Origin: Candidatus Eiseniibacteriota bacterium
GTDB lineage: Bacteria > Orphanbacterota > Orphanbacteria > Orphanbacterales > Orphanbacteraceae
Length of the DNA: 64,000 nucleotides
Direction of reading: 5' to 3'
NCBI GenBank assembly: GCA_024276995.1
Contig: JAJRWB010000050.1
Span: 80,359 to 144,358, forward strand
Of the stretch, positions 1 to 9,282 are shown one piece after another. The notes under the pieces are model-generated. The model saw only the letters and a program-made list of their open reading frames with translations. It searched no databases and was not told where the DNA came from. Both the position numbers and the translations under genes were made by a program. Within the stretch, counting starts at the first letter, position 1. Each line of letters begins with the position of its first letter.

Positions 1-1329
1 CGGCACGGGTAGGAACGGATGCGCCTCGGGACTCACCAGGCCGCACGCGTCGAGTATTTTCCCCTTGAAGTAATAGCCGAAACTCCCGATCTCGGGAGCC
101 GCCGCCGTCTCGCCGGGAGAAAAGTGTTCGTTCAGGTACTCCGCCGCCTTTCGGTATTCCCGGATCCGCATATGCCCCGGCTTGTCGAGGAGGAGTGTTT
201 GCGGCGAGGGATTCTTCACGCATCTCGCGATGCCGGCGGCGATGATCGTCGCCACGAGCATCGTGTGTGGAATCGATGCCCACCGACCGCTTCCGCCGGC
301 GCGGCTCCGACCCGGCGCGGTCAACGGGAGCGCCGCGAAGATCGTGAGCGCCCACGTCGTGAAGATCGCCGGGAGATACCAGGGAAACATCATCGGGTTG
401 CCGGCGGCATAGAAGAGAACGAGAGCGGCGAAGAAGAGGGCGGGGAGAAAAGCCTTGCGCCGGCGAAACTCCGGGGCGAAAAGCGCCGCGGCGGTGACGA
501 GGAACGGCACGGTCATGGCGATCCACGAGGCCGCCCCTCCGCCGCGGCCGAGCGCGGCGCCGCCGATCCACGAGGCGACGCTTCCCGAGAGCCTTTCCAG
601 GGCGAAGCCGGGGGGCACCGGGTAGAGCGGTTTCGACTTGGCGATCACCGATAGCGGAATGATGCTGCCGTAGTAGAAGAGGGCGAAAACCGCCCACGGA
701 GCAATAGTGAGGAGGAAAGCGGACGCGCCGCGAAGGAGCGCCCGAGGGGACCGCACGAAAAACGCCGCGCCGATCGGAAGAAGGAGCGCACCCTCAGGGC
801 GGGTGAGACAGGCGAGGGCGGCGAGGGCGCCGAGCCACACCGGACGGCGCGACGCCGCCGCGAGAAGAGAGAAGAGGGCGAGAGAGACGAAAAGATACGA
901 CTCCATCCCGCCGAGCGAGAGGGCGAGGAGGGGCGGGTCGGTGAGGAGGAACGCGGCGGCGAGGAGGGCGACCGGCCGGCATCCTGTGATCTTCTCGAGG
1001 AGGAGCCACGCGGCGACGCCGGCGGCGGCGAAGGGGAGGAAATTGAACGCCACGGCAAGCACGGGGAGAGCCACTCCGCGAAAAACGGCCTTCAGCGCGG
1101 CGAGAAGGAGAAGATACAGGGGCGTCGTCGATCCGAGAACATGTTCCCCTGCGTTGTAGACGAGCCCCCGCCCGGCGACGACATTCTCCACGTATCGATA
1201 AGTGATGAACGCATCATCGAAGGGAGCGACCCGCGCCGTCCGGTGCACATGGAGCGCCCAGAGGAGCGGCGGAAGGAGAAGGAGCGGCAGGAATCGTCTC
1301 ATCCGGACGGCGATGGCGGTCGACTTCAT
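1..1329 (-). CDS. integral membrane glycosyltransferase-like protein (GT-C fold), C-terminal end cut by window edge
   Basis: Manual reverse-complement translation from ATG (1327-1329) is stop-free to position 1 (443 codons). It is absent from the ORF track only because it has no in-window stop. The product MKSTAIAVRMRRFLPLLLLPPLLWALH..DDAFITYRYVENVVAGRGLVYNAGEHVLGSTTPLYLLLLAAL.. is very hydrophobic with many predicted TM helices. The listed plus-strand ORFs here (19..654, 707..1159) are Arg-rich antisense artefacts. Confidence 0.55.
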   Translation of the reverse strand, partial: MKSTAIAVRMRRFLPLLLLPPLLWALHVHRTARVAPFDDAFITYRYVENVVAGRGLVYNAGEHVLGSTTPLYLLLLAALKAVFRGVALPVLAVAFNFLPFAAAGVAAWLLLEKITGCRPVALLAAAFLLTDPPLLALSLGGMESYLFVSLALFSLLAAASRRPVWLGALAALACLTRPEGALLLPIGAAFFVRSPRALLRGASAFLLTIAPWAVFALFYYGSIIPLSVIAKSKPLYPVPPGFALERLSGSVASWIGGAALGRGGGAASWIAMTVPFLVTAAALFAPEFRRRKAFLPALFFAALVLFYAAGNPMMFPWYLPAIFTTWALTIFAALPLTAPGRSRAGGSGRWASIPHTMLVATIIAAGIARCVKNPSPQTLLLDKPGHMRIREYRKAAEYLNEHFSPGETAAAPEIGSFGYYFKGKILDACGLVSPEAHPFLPVP

Positions 1330-1347
1330 CCCTCTCTTTCTCCCCCG

Positions 1348-2817
1348 TCAATGAGAACCGATGTATCCGAGCCCTCTGAAGATATCCTTCTCTTCGTCGG
1401 TTAGCGCATTCTTCTCCACCACCACCGTGTCCCTCCCCGCGGCGGCGGCCGCCGAATCGAGCCGCGCGGCGAGCCTTTCCAGAATGTCCGGCAACTTTCC
1501 CGACAGGTCCGATCTTTCCAGGGGATCGGTGGACAGATCGTACAGTTCGCGCTTCCCCTCCTTCTCATCGCGGATCAGCTTGTACTCCCCCTCGATCAGC
1601 CCCTTCTTCTTCGGTGAGAACGCGCCGCGACGCGGGTTGACCGACTGGAAATCGACGTCGAGAAGGATCGGTGCGGCGGCGCCGTCGTTCCAGGGCGGGA
1701 GGAGTGATATTCGGGTGTCGAGTCGTTCTTCTCCCACCCCCGCCAGGTGGAGAACGGTCCCGGGGAGCGAGACGAGCGACACCGGTTTCCGCACGACACG
1801 CGCCGGCGCACCGCCCGGCTCCCGGATGATGAGAGGAACGCGCATCAGCTCTTCGTAAAGGGATCGAGTATGTCCGATCCAGCCGTGTTCCAGGAACTCC
1901 TCGCCGTGATCGGAAGTGAAGATCACGAGCGTATTGTCCCGTGCGGTCGAGCGGTCGAGCGACCGGAGAAGCCGCCCCACGCCGTCGTCGGTGAAGCGGA
2001 TCTCGCCGTCGTAGAGATCGAGGAGGAAACGGCGCTCCTTCCCGGTGAGGGTGTCCATCATCCGCCTCACGATCGAGATGTCCTGTTCACCATCGAGGCG
2101 GCCCGCGCGGGGCGGGGCGAAGCCGTATTCCGGGTGGGCGATGTAATTGTAATGGGGATCGAAATAGTGGACGAAGAGGAAGAACGGCCGGTCGCCGGCG
2201 GCGAGGGTATCGAGAAGGGCGGCCGCTTTCTTCGTCACTCCCGGCGTGGAGAGGTAGCCGTGGCCCCGCGCCTCGTCTTCGTCGAAACGATCGAAGCCGT
2301 GATCGAACCCTCTCATGGCGCCGATCATCCTGTTGCTGACCACTGCCGCCGTGCGGTAGCCCGCCTCCGCGAAGACGGTCGCGAGGGTCGCCGTTTGTTC
2401 GGGAAGCCGCCGCCGGGGCCGTGTCACTCGGTGTTGCGCCGGGTAGAGTCCCGTCAGGATGGTCGCCACCGAGGGCATCGTCCAGGGCGCCACGGTGTAC
2501 GCCCGTTCATACCGGATCGACCCGGCGGCGAGAGCGTCGATGGCGGGCGATGTTTCGCGCTTCGCGCCGTAGCAGCCGAGGTGATCGGCTCGAAGCGTAT
2601 CGACCACTATGAGAAGAACATTCATCCGGCGGGGATGTCGTCCGCAACCGGCGGCGAGAACCACCGCACCCAGGAGCGCGAGGAGGGCGAGGCCGACCTC
2701 GATCTTCCAACGAATCCCGGCCGACGTCGCCGGCGCACGCCCGGAAGCATGCCATCCACGGCGGCGCCCCGACTTCCCGACCGCCGGACGAATCCGCTTT
2801 CGCTGACCACGGCTCAT
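1348..2817 (-). CDS. sulfatase-family lipoprotein (arylsulfatase/phosphoglycerol-transferase superfamily)
   Basis: The 489-aa ORF has the hallmark MNVLLIVVDTLRADHLGCYG sulfatase N-terminus, preceded by a signal peptide with lipobox LAAGC. The true start may be an internal start downstream of 2817. Confidence 0.8.
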   Translation of the reverse strand: MSRGQRKRIRPAVGKSGRRRGWHASGRAPATSAGIRWKIEVGLALLALLGAVVLAAGCGRHPRRMNVLLIVVDTLRADHLGCYGAKRETSPAIDALAAGSIRYERAYTVAPWTMPSVATILTGLYPAQHRVTRPRRRLPEQTATLATVFAEAGYRTAAVVSNRMIGAMRGFDHGFDRFDEDEARGHGYLSTPGVTKKAAALLDTLAAGDRPFFLFVHYFDPHYNYIAHPEYGFAPPRAGRLDGEQDISIVRRMMDTLTGKERRFLLDLYDGEIRFTDDGVGRLLRSLDRSTARDNTLVIFTSDHGEEFLEHGWIGHTRSLYEELMRVPLIIREPGGAPARVVRKPVSLVSLPGTVLHLAGVGEERLDTRISLLPPWNDGAAAPILLDVDFQSVNPRRGAFSPKKKGLIEGEYKLIRDEKEGKRELYDLSTDPLERSDLSGKLPDILERLAARLDSAAAAAGRDTVVVEKNALTDEEKDIFRGLGYIGSH

Positions 2818-3049
2818 CGCGCCTCTCCCGTTCCGCCCCGGCGCGGCGCGGATCGCCCGACCCGACGGCCGGGACGCCGATTGAGCATAGCCCAGGGGCA
2901 GAAGGTCATAAAGAGGAACGTTCGCCCGGGTGACGCGACGAAAGGATTTTTCGCCGACCAGCGGTTATGATGAAAGCCGTCGCCCGTGAGAACCTCTTTC
3001 CGCCGGCAACCGCCGGTCCGCCGGGAGCCGCATGGTGCCCTCTCCTCGA

Positions 3050-4243
3050 ATGAAGATTCTCTTCGCCCTCCCCGCCTTCGTGATCGCCCTTCTCTTCCTT
3101 CTCCCCTCGCTCTCGTCGTACGATTTCTTTCATCGCGACGAGGCGAACTGGATCATCACGGGGCGGACGTCGTTCCGCACCTTCTTCATCGACCACGACT
3201 TCGACGCGCCGTACTGGTCGGCGCCGATGAATTCGTTCGGCAGGTACAACCCCCAGATCGGCAAGTATCTCATCGGCGCGTCGCTTTGGCTTCGCGGAGA
3301 GCGGGAAGGACGAAAAGACGTGGTCCGGTGGAATCCGAAACGGAGTCTCGCATGGCATATCCGCGAAGGGATCGCGCCGGCGCCGGCGGAGCTTGCCGCC
3401 GCACGCATCCCGGCGGTTCTTCTCGGCGCCTTCGCCGTGGCGGCCCTCGTGCTGATGGTGCTCACCGTCGAGGGAGGGGTCGCCGGCGTGATCGGCGGAT
3501 ACGCCGCGGCCGCTGTTTTTCTCGCGAACCCGGTCGTCCGAAACGGCGCGCGGCGGGCGATGCTCGACATTCCCGCGCTGGCATTCTCGTTGGCGGCGAT
3601 CTTGTTCACCGAGGCGGCGTTCGACTCGTTCCGAACGCGCCGCGAAGGGAGAGGTTTCGCCCTCGCCGCCGCGGGATCGCTCTTCGCGGGGATCGCCCTT
3701 TCGACGAAGTTGAACGCCGGGATGATCGTCGCGGTGGTCGCGGCGGCGAATCTCGTCCTCCTGGCGGCCCGGCGAAACCGCCGGGCGGCGATGGCGCTCA
3801 CCGTAACGTACATTCTCCCGCCTCTCGTCTTCGTAGGACACAACCCGTACCTCTGGCATCACACGATCGACGGCATACGGGCGATGCTCCACTTCGGAAC
3901 CGCCGTTTCGCAAAGGACGACGATCTACCCGGACGAGGCGCTCCTCACCTGGACCGACCGGTGGGGGACGCTCTTTCGCATGGTATTCCCCCCACCGGCG
4001 CTCATCGTTCCCGCCGCCGTCGGCCTCGCCGCACTCCTTCGAGAAAGAAAGCGGCACGTTGCGCTCCTTCTCTGGTCGACTCTCGTTCCGGTCGCCGTCG
4101 CCGCCTGGACGCCGCTCGCGTGGGGACGTTACTACACGCCGGCGATCGCGGCGGGGGCCTTCCTCGCGGGATACGGTATCGCGGTGACCGCGGTCGTCGC
4201 TTTCCCACGGGCGGAAAATCGGGCCGATCTCGATCAAAGCTAA
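3050..4243 (+). CDS. GT-C family membrane glycosyltransferase (ArnT/PMT-like, carrier-lipid dependent)
   Basis: Polytopic membrane protein starting MKILFALPAFVIALLFLL (internal ATG of track ORF 3032..4243) with many TM helices and loop motifs typical of dolichyl/undecaprenyl-phosphate-sugar glycosyltransferases. Confidence 0.65.
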   Translation: MKILFALPAFVIALLFLLPSLSSYDFFHRDEANWIITGRTSFRTFFIDHDFDAPYWSAPMNSFGRYNPQIGKYLIGASLWLRGEREGRKDVVRWNPKRSLAWHIREGIAPAPAELAAARIPAVLLGAFAVAALVLMVLTVEGGVAGVIGGYAAAAVFLANPVVRNGARRAMLDIPALAFSLAAILFTEAAFDSFRTRREGRGFALAAAGSLFAGIALSTKLNAGMIVAVVAAANLVLLAARRNRRAAMALTVTYILPPLVFVGHNPYLWHHTIDGIRAMLHFGTAVSQRTTIYPDEALLTWTDRWGTLFRMVFPPPALIVPAAVGLAALLRERKRHVALLLWSTLVPVAVAAWTPLAWGRYYTPAIAAGAFLAGYGIAVTAVVAFPRAENRADLDQS

Positions 4244-4336
4244 ACTTTTTTCGAAACATTCCGATAATCCGTGAAGACCGATCTGGGACCGCGCGGGGGC
4301 GCAAGGCGCGGGAAACATCCCCTGGAGGTATGCTCG

Positions 4337-6040
4337 ATGAAGAGAATCCCGATGGCGGCCGCCGCCCTTCTCCTCTTGGCCGCCCTTTGCGTTCCATGCG
4401 AAGCGCGCATCATCGTTTCCCCCCTGGAACTGCACTTCGAGGTGAGTGAAGGCGACCGCGGGGGGATGCCGATCATCGTCACCAACAGGGGAAACCGTCA
4501 CGTCACGCTGAAGCTCTACTTCGGCGACAGCCGGCTCCTCCCCGACGGGTCGGAGGAGAACATGCTCGCCGGCGGCCATCGACGGAGCTGTGCGCCGTGG
4601 ATGCTCTTTGCAGACCAGATCCTCGAACTCGACCCGGGGAAATCAGAGGAGATCCCGGTGGTGCTCGAGGTGCCCGAGGGGGCGCGGGGTACTTTCTGGA
4701 CGAAACTCTATGTGGAAGAGATTTCGACGGGAGTGAACCCGCCCGGGGACGAAGCCTCGTTGCCCCCCGAACACCCAGGGGAGCGTGTCGCGGTAAGGCT
4801 CTTCGAAAACGTGCCGGGCACGATCCATCGGCTCGCACGGATCGAGGAGATCGCCGCGCCGCCCGCCACGGGCGACGTGCCCGCAACGGTGTCGGTGCGT
4901 GTGAAGAACACGGGAAACGCCCTCCTCCATTGCCGGGGGTGGGTCGAACTCCACTCGAGCGATGGATCGGTCGTCGACACGCTCCGGCTCGGAAGGGACA
5001 ACCGGTTTCTCCTTTATCCCGACAGCTACAGGAACCTGGTACTCGAATCGGAAAAGCCTCTCGATGAGGGAACGTACACCGCGCTCGCCATGATCGACAT
5101 GGGAGAGAGCGGCCTCCTCTCCGACGACGCCCTTCTTCTCGTCCGCCGAGGCATGCCCGGTGCGGTTTCTCCCGCACCGGTCGAGACGGTGACGCCCGTG
5201 GGCGTTCCCGAAGAGACGGCGGTGACGTCCGGGGAGGAGACGACGGCGGGAATGAAGATCGCCCCGCCGGTCGAGCGGCGGGCGGGGTTTTCGATCCAGG
5301 TGGAAGCGGACGCCCTCGAGGAGGAAGCTCTCAAGACGGTGGAAAGGCTCGCCGAAGTCCTCGACGAGGAACCGTATATCCACCGCTCCCGATCGTTCTA
5401 CAAGGTGCTCGTCGGTCGGTGCGAAGGACCCGCCGAGGCGGATATACTGCTCCGGAAGGTGACCTCGGCCGGTTTTCCCGGAGCGTTCGTCGTTCCCGCA
5501 GAAGCTGCGATCGAGACGCCGACCGAGGTGGTGGCCGACGACCGCGCGGCGACCGCGCCCGATGTCGTCGATGCCTCCGCCGGCCGACCGGATGGGGCCG
5601 AGGTCGGCGACCCGGAAAACGGCGCCGCGGCCACGGTCGAAACGGTGGAGGAGAACGGCCAAGCTATGAGCGACACGACGATCGGCGCCCCCGCCGCGAT
5701 CGAGGCGCTCGGTGAACTCCTTCCCGATTTGCGCCCACTTCCGGAGGCGGCCGGTTATCCCCCCCGGATCGCCGATTCCTCGTCCGCCGCCCCCGCCGCA
5801 TCCGGATGGCGGCTTCTCATCTTTTCGGCGTCCGACTCGGCGGGTGCGGCGGCGTACGCGGCGAAGATCGAGGCGAAATTCGCCGTCCGCACGGTGATCT
5901 CCGGAACAGGTTCATCGTGGAAGATCCACCTTGCCGGGGCGACCGACAGGGCGAGTGCCGTAAAGATGATGCATGAAATGATCACCGCCGGCATGGAAGA
6001 GTCGTGGATCGAAAGAGGCTCGATCCGCCTCGTGCCCTAA
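4337..6040 (+). CDS. secreted protein with two C-terminal SPOR (peptidoglycan-binding) domains
   Basis: Start taken at MKRIPMAAAALLLLAALCVPCEA (signal peptide) with GGAGG RBS 8 nt upstream. Two SPOR-like modules are present (FSIQVEA..FYKVLVGR.. and WRLLIFSAS..WKIHLAG..). The N-terminal about 300 aa domain is of unknown function. Confidence 0.65.
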   Translation: MKRIPMAAAALLLLAALCVPCEARIIVSPLELHFEVSEGDRGGMPIIVTNRGNRHVTLKLYFGDSRLLPDGSEENMLAGGHRRSCAPWMLFADQILELDPGKSEEIPVVLEVPEGARGTFWTKLYVEEISTGVNPPGDEASLPPEHPGERVAVRLFENVPGTIHRLARIEEIAAPPATGDVPATVSVRVKNTGNALLHCRGWVELHSSDGSVVDTLRLGRDNRFLLYPDSYRNLVLESEKPLDEGTYTALAMIDMGESGLLSDDALLLVRRGMPGAVSPAPVETVTPVGVPEETAVTSGEETTAGMKIAPPVERRAGFSIQVEADALEEEALKTVERLAEVLDEEPYIHRSRSFYKVLVGRCEGPAEADILLRKVTSAGFPGAFVVPAEAAIETPTEVVADDRAATAPDVVDASAGRPDGAEVGDPENGAAATVETVEENGQAMSDTTIGAPAAIEALGELLPDLRPLPEAAGYPPRIADSSSAAPAASGWRLLIFSASDSAGAAAYAAKIEAKFAVRTVISGTGSSWKIHLAGATDRASAVKMMHEMITAGMEESWIERGSIRLVP

Positions 6041-6123
6041 CCACCCCTTTGCGATTCCCCTTCCCAAGGTGTAACAATAGTAGTGATGATCGAACCGACC
6101 ATCGGCGGGCGGTTCGCGCATAT

Positions 6124-6148
6124 CCGGGCCGGACGTGTTCCGGCCCGG
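6124..6148. repeat. perfect 10-bp inverted repeat CCGGGCCGGA-cgtgt-TCCGGCCCGG
   Basis: Read directly in the intergenic region between the SPOR gene stop (6040) and the TPP-enzyme start (6175). No T-tract follows, so it is either an operator-type palindrome or a T-less terminator hairpin. Confidence 0.5.
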
Positions 6149-6174
6149 GCACTTCCGCCGAGGAAGGGGGCGAT

Positions 6175-7821
6175 TTGAACGCAGCGGAACTGATGGTGAA
6201 GTGCATCGAGGCGGAGGGAGTGGAGTACGTGTTCGGCGTTCCCGGCGAGGAGAACGCCGCTTTCATGATGGCGCTGGAGAAGTCGAAGATCCGGTTCATC
6301 CTCACGCGCCACGAACAGGGAGCCGCATTCATGGCGGACGTTTACGGGCGGCTCACCGGTAAGGCGGCGGTCTGTCTCGGCACGCTCGGTCCGGGCGCGA
6401 CGAATCTGGTGACCGGCGTGGCGGACGGCAACATGGACCGCGCGCCGATGGTGGTGGTCACCGGCCAAGCGGACATCACGCGCCAACACAAGGAAAGTCA
6501 CCAGGCGATGGATGTTGTCGGGCTCTTCAAACCGGTGACGAAGTGGGCCGCGCCCGTCATCCACCCCGACAACATCCCTGAGATGGTGAGCAAGGCGTTC
6601 AAGCTGGCGCAGATGGAAAAGCCGGGGGCATGCCACATCGAACTCGCCGACGATCTCGCCGAGACCGCGGCGAATGGCGACCCCCTCCCGGCGAAGCCCC
6701 CGCGCCGTCCCGTGCCCGACGACACGATCGTCGACCACGCGTGGGAGGCGATCCGTGGGGCGAAAAGTCCCGTGATCCTCGCGGGGAACGGCGCGATCCG
6801 CAAGAGGGCGAGCCGGCAGCTTCGCGCATTCGCCGAGAAGACGGGTATCGGCGTGATCAGCACGTTCATGGGTAAAGGATCCGTTCCCCGCAAGGCGAAG
6901 GAGTGTCTCTTCACCATCGGACTTCAATCCCGTGACCGCGTGGCGTGCGCCATCGACTCGGCGGACGTGGTGATCACCGTGGGATACGACCTCGTGGAGT
7001 ACCTTCCCCGTTTCTGGAACGGGAAGAAGAACAAGACGATCGTACACATCGATTTTCTTCCCGCCGGCGTGGACGATCATTACGACGTCGCCGTCGAGGT
7101 GACGGGCGATGTCGCCCATGCCCTATGGATGCTGAATGAACGCGCCGCGCGCGACGGCGTGCGCTTCGAACCGTCCGGCTGCCGCGATCTTCGCGCCGAG
7201 ATGCTCGCCGACTTCGCCGAATACAAGGACGACGACACCGAGGGGACGATCCGCCCCCAAAAGGCGATCTGGGATGTGCGCGAGGCGCTCGGCCCGCGCG
7301 ACATTCTCCTCAGCGACGTTGGCGCCCACAAGATGTGGGTTGGACGGTACTACAACTGCGACGAACCGAATACGTGCCTTATTTCAAACGGCTTCTGCTC
7401 CATGGGATTCGCGCTCCCCGGCTCGATCGCCGCGAAACTCGTTCACCCCGACAGGCGGGTTCTCGCTCTTTGCGGCGACGGCGGCTTCCTGATGAATGTG
7501 CAGGAGTTGGAGACGGCGAAGAGAATCGGCATGCCCGTCGTGATTCTCGTCTGGGAGGATCACGAGTACGGCCTTATCGCCTGGAAGCAGAGGAACCGCT
7601 ACGGGAGAAACGTCGATCTGCGCTTCGGAAACCCCGACTTCGTCATGCTCGCCGAATCATTCGGCTGCCGCGGGATCCGCGTGGAGAATTCGCGCGACCT
7701 CGCGGGCGCCTTGGAAAACGCGTTCCGGTGCGATCTGCCCACGGTGGTCGTTATTCCGATCGACTACAGAGAAAACGATCTGCTCACCGAAAGGCTCGGC
7801 ACGATATCGTGCCCCATTTGA
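6175..7821 (+). CDS. thiamine-pyrophosphate enzyme, acetolactate synthase (catabolic AlsS)-like / 2-oxoacid decarboxylase family
   Basis: Strong similarity to ALS large-subunit N-terminus (VKCIEAEGVEYVFGVPGEEN..RHEQGAAFMADVYGRLTGKAAVCLGTLGPGATNLVTGVADGNMDRAPMVVVTGQ) and C-terminal TPP-binding region (GDGGFLMNVQELETA). TTG start at 6175 has an AGGAAGGGGG RBS; ATG 6193 is the alternative. Confidence 0.8.
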   Translation: MNAAELMVKCIEAEGVEYVFGVPGEENAAFMMALEKSKIRFILTRHEQGAAFMADVYGRLTGKAAVCLGTLGPGATNLVTGVADGNMDRAPMVVVTGQADITRQHKESHQAMDVVGLFKPVTKWAAPVIHPDNIPEMVSKAFKLAQMEKPGACHIELADDLAETAANGDPLPAKPPRRPVPDDTIVDHAWEAIRGAKSPVILAGNGAIRKRASRQLRAFAEKTGIGVISTFMGKGSVPRKAKECLFTIGLQSRDRVACAIDSADVVITVGYDLVEYLPRFWNGKKNKTIVHIDFLPAGVDDHYDVAVEVTGDVAHALWMLNERAARDGVRFEPSGCRDLRAEMLADFAEYKDDDTEGTIRPQKAIWDVREALGPRDILLSDVGAHKMWVGRYYNCDEPNTCLISNGFCSMGFALPGSIAAKLVHPDRRVLALCGDGGFLMNVQELETAKRIGMPVVILVWEDHEYGLIAWKQRNRYGRNVDLRFGNPDFVMLAESFGCRGIRVENSRDLAGALENAFRCDLPTVVVIPIDYRENDLLTERLGTISCPI

Positions 7822-7834
7822 GAGGAATGTCCCG

Positions 7835-9277
7835 ATGAAAGAAACATATCCTTATTATATCGGCGGGAGCGCCGAGCGGCCGAACAGCGACCTCGCCGTG
7901 ATCGACAAGTACACCGGAAAGACGGCGAGTCGCGTCGCCCTCGCCGACGGCGAGGCGATCGACCGCGCCATCGCCATGGCGGTGGACGCCGCCCCGGCCA
8001 TGGCGACCATGGCGGCATGCGACCGCCGGGAAGTGCTGAACCATTGCGTCCGGCGCTTCACCGAACGCTCCGAGGAACTCGCTCTCGCCTTGTGCGTCGA
8101 AGCGGGCAAGCCGATCCGCGACAGCCGCGGCGAGGTGAGCCGCCTGATCGACACGTTCCGGATCGCCGCCGAGGAGGCGGTGCGCATCGGCGGCGAGGTG
8201 ATTCCCCTCGACATCAGTTCGCGGGCGAAAGGCTACACCGGGATGTGGAAGCGCGTGCCGATCGGACCGTGCTCGTTCATTTCACCGTTCAACTTCCCTC
8301 TCAACCTCGCCGCCCACAAGGTGGCGCCCGCCATCGCCGCGGGATGCCCCTTCGTGCTGAAGCCGGCGAGCCTGACACCGGTGGGAGCGATCCTCATCGG
8401 CGAGGTGCTCGCCGAAACCGATCTGCCCGCCGGAGCGTTCTCCATCCTTCCCGTCGGCCGCGACGGCGCGGGGGCGTTCACCACCGACGAGCGACTGAAG
8501 CTCCTTAGCTTCACCGGCTCCCCCGCCGTCGGCTGGGCGCTCAAGGCGAAGGCGGGGAAGAAGAAGGTGGTCCTCGAACTCGGGGGGAACGCGGCGTGCA
8601 TCGTCGACGAGGACGCCGATCTCGACGACGCGGTGGAGCGGATTCTCCACGGCGCTTTCTACCAGTCGGGCCAAAGCTGCATCAGCGTCCAGAGGATCAT
8701 GATTCATGAGGACGTGTACGATCGGTTCAAGGAAAGGATCGTCGCCGGAGCGTCCGCCCTGGTGATGGGCGACCCGAAGGAGGAGAGCACGTTCATCGGA
8801 CCGATGATCTCGGAGAAGGAAGCGGCGCGCCTCGAATCGTGGATCGCCGCGGCGAAGGAGAGGGGCGCATCGGTCCTCTGCGGCGGACGGCGCGAGGGGG
8901 CGATGCTCGAGGCGACGCTCCTCGAAAATGCCCCGGATGATCTCGATGTCTGCGCCAAGGAAGCGTTCGGGCCCGTGGCGGTGCTCTCGTCGTTCTCCGA
9001 TTACGACGACGCTCTCGCCGAGGTGAACCGGAGCGATTTCGGTCTCCAGGCGGGAATCTTCACGCGGGACATCTACAAGGCCCACCAGGCATGGGATACC
9101 CTCGAAGTAGGCGGGGTGGTGATCGGCGACGTCCCGTCGTGGAGGGTCGATCACATGCCGTACGGCGGCGTGAAGGAGAGCGGTCTCGGCAGGGAAGGGA
9201 TCCGCTTCGCCATTGAGGATATGACCGAAATCCGCCTCCTCGTGCTCAGGACACCGCAGCATAAGAAAGGCGCGTAG
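7835..9277 (+). CDS. NAD(P)-dependent aldehyde dehydrogenase
   Basis: 480-aa ALDH-family protein (FTGSPAVGW, ELGGNA, catalytic Cys context GQSCISVQRIMIHE), 14 nt after the TPP enzyme. Confidence 0.85.
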   Translation: MKETYPYYIGGSAERPNSDLAVIDKYTGKTASRVALADGEAIDRAIAMAVDAAPAMATMAACDRREVLNHCVRRFTERSEELALALCVEAGKPIRDSRGEVSRLIDTFRIAAEEAVRIGGEVIPLDISSRAKGYTGMWKRVPIGPCSFISPFNFPLNLAAHKVAPAIAAGCPFVLKPASLTPVGAILIGEVLAETDLPAGAFSILPVGRDGAGAFTTDERLKLLSFTGSPAVGWALKAKAGKKKVVLELGGNAACIVDEDADLDDAVERILHGAFYQSGQSCISVQRIMIHEDVYDRFKERIVAGASALVMGDPKEESTFIGPMISEKEAARLESWIAAAKERGASVLCGGRREGAMLEATLLENAPDDLDVCAKEAFGPVAVLSSFSDYDDALAEVNRSDFGLQAGIFTRDIYKAHQAWDTLEVGGVVIGDVPSWRVDHMPYGGVKESGLGREGIRFAIEDMTEIRLLVLRTPQHKKGA

Positions 9278-9282
9278 GGAGA

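Noticed and set aside
19-1159. Plus-strand ORFs 19..654 and 707..1159 and minus ORFs 645..1058, 794..1009
   Set aside because: They are Arg/Pro/Ser-rich low-complexity translations. The real gene is the edge-truncated minus-strand membrane protein 1..1329 in another frame.
2906-4579. Long ORFs 2906..4579(-), 2986..4449(+), 3130..3843(-)
   Set aside because: They are antisense or alternate-frame to the GT-C gene 3050..4243. Their composition (RRR, PRR runs) is typical of high-GC artefacts.
4503-6121. ORFs 4643..5662(-), 4503..5177(-), 4597..5067(+) and others over the SPOR gene
   Set aside because: They are antisense artefacts. Only the 4337..6040 frame has a signal peptide and domain motifs.
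6037-7119. 360-aa minus ORF antisense to the ALS-like gene
   Set aside because: No motifs and His/Arg-rich. The sense frame has an unmistakable TPP-enzyme signature.
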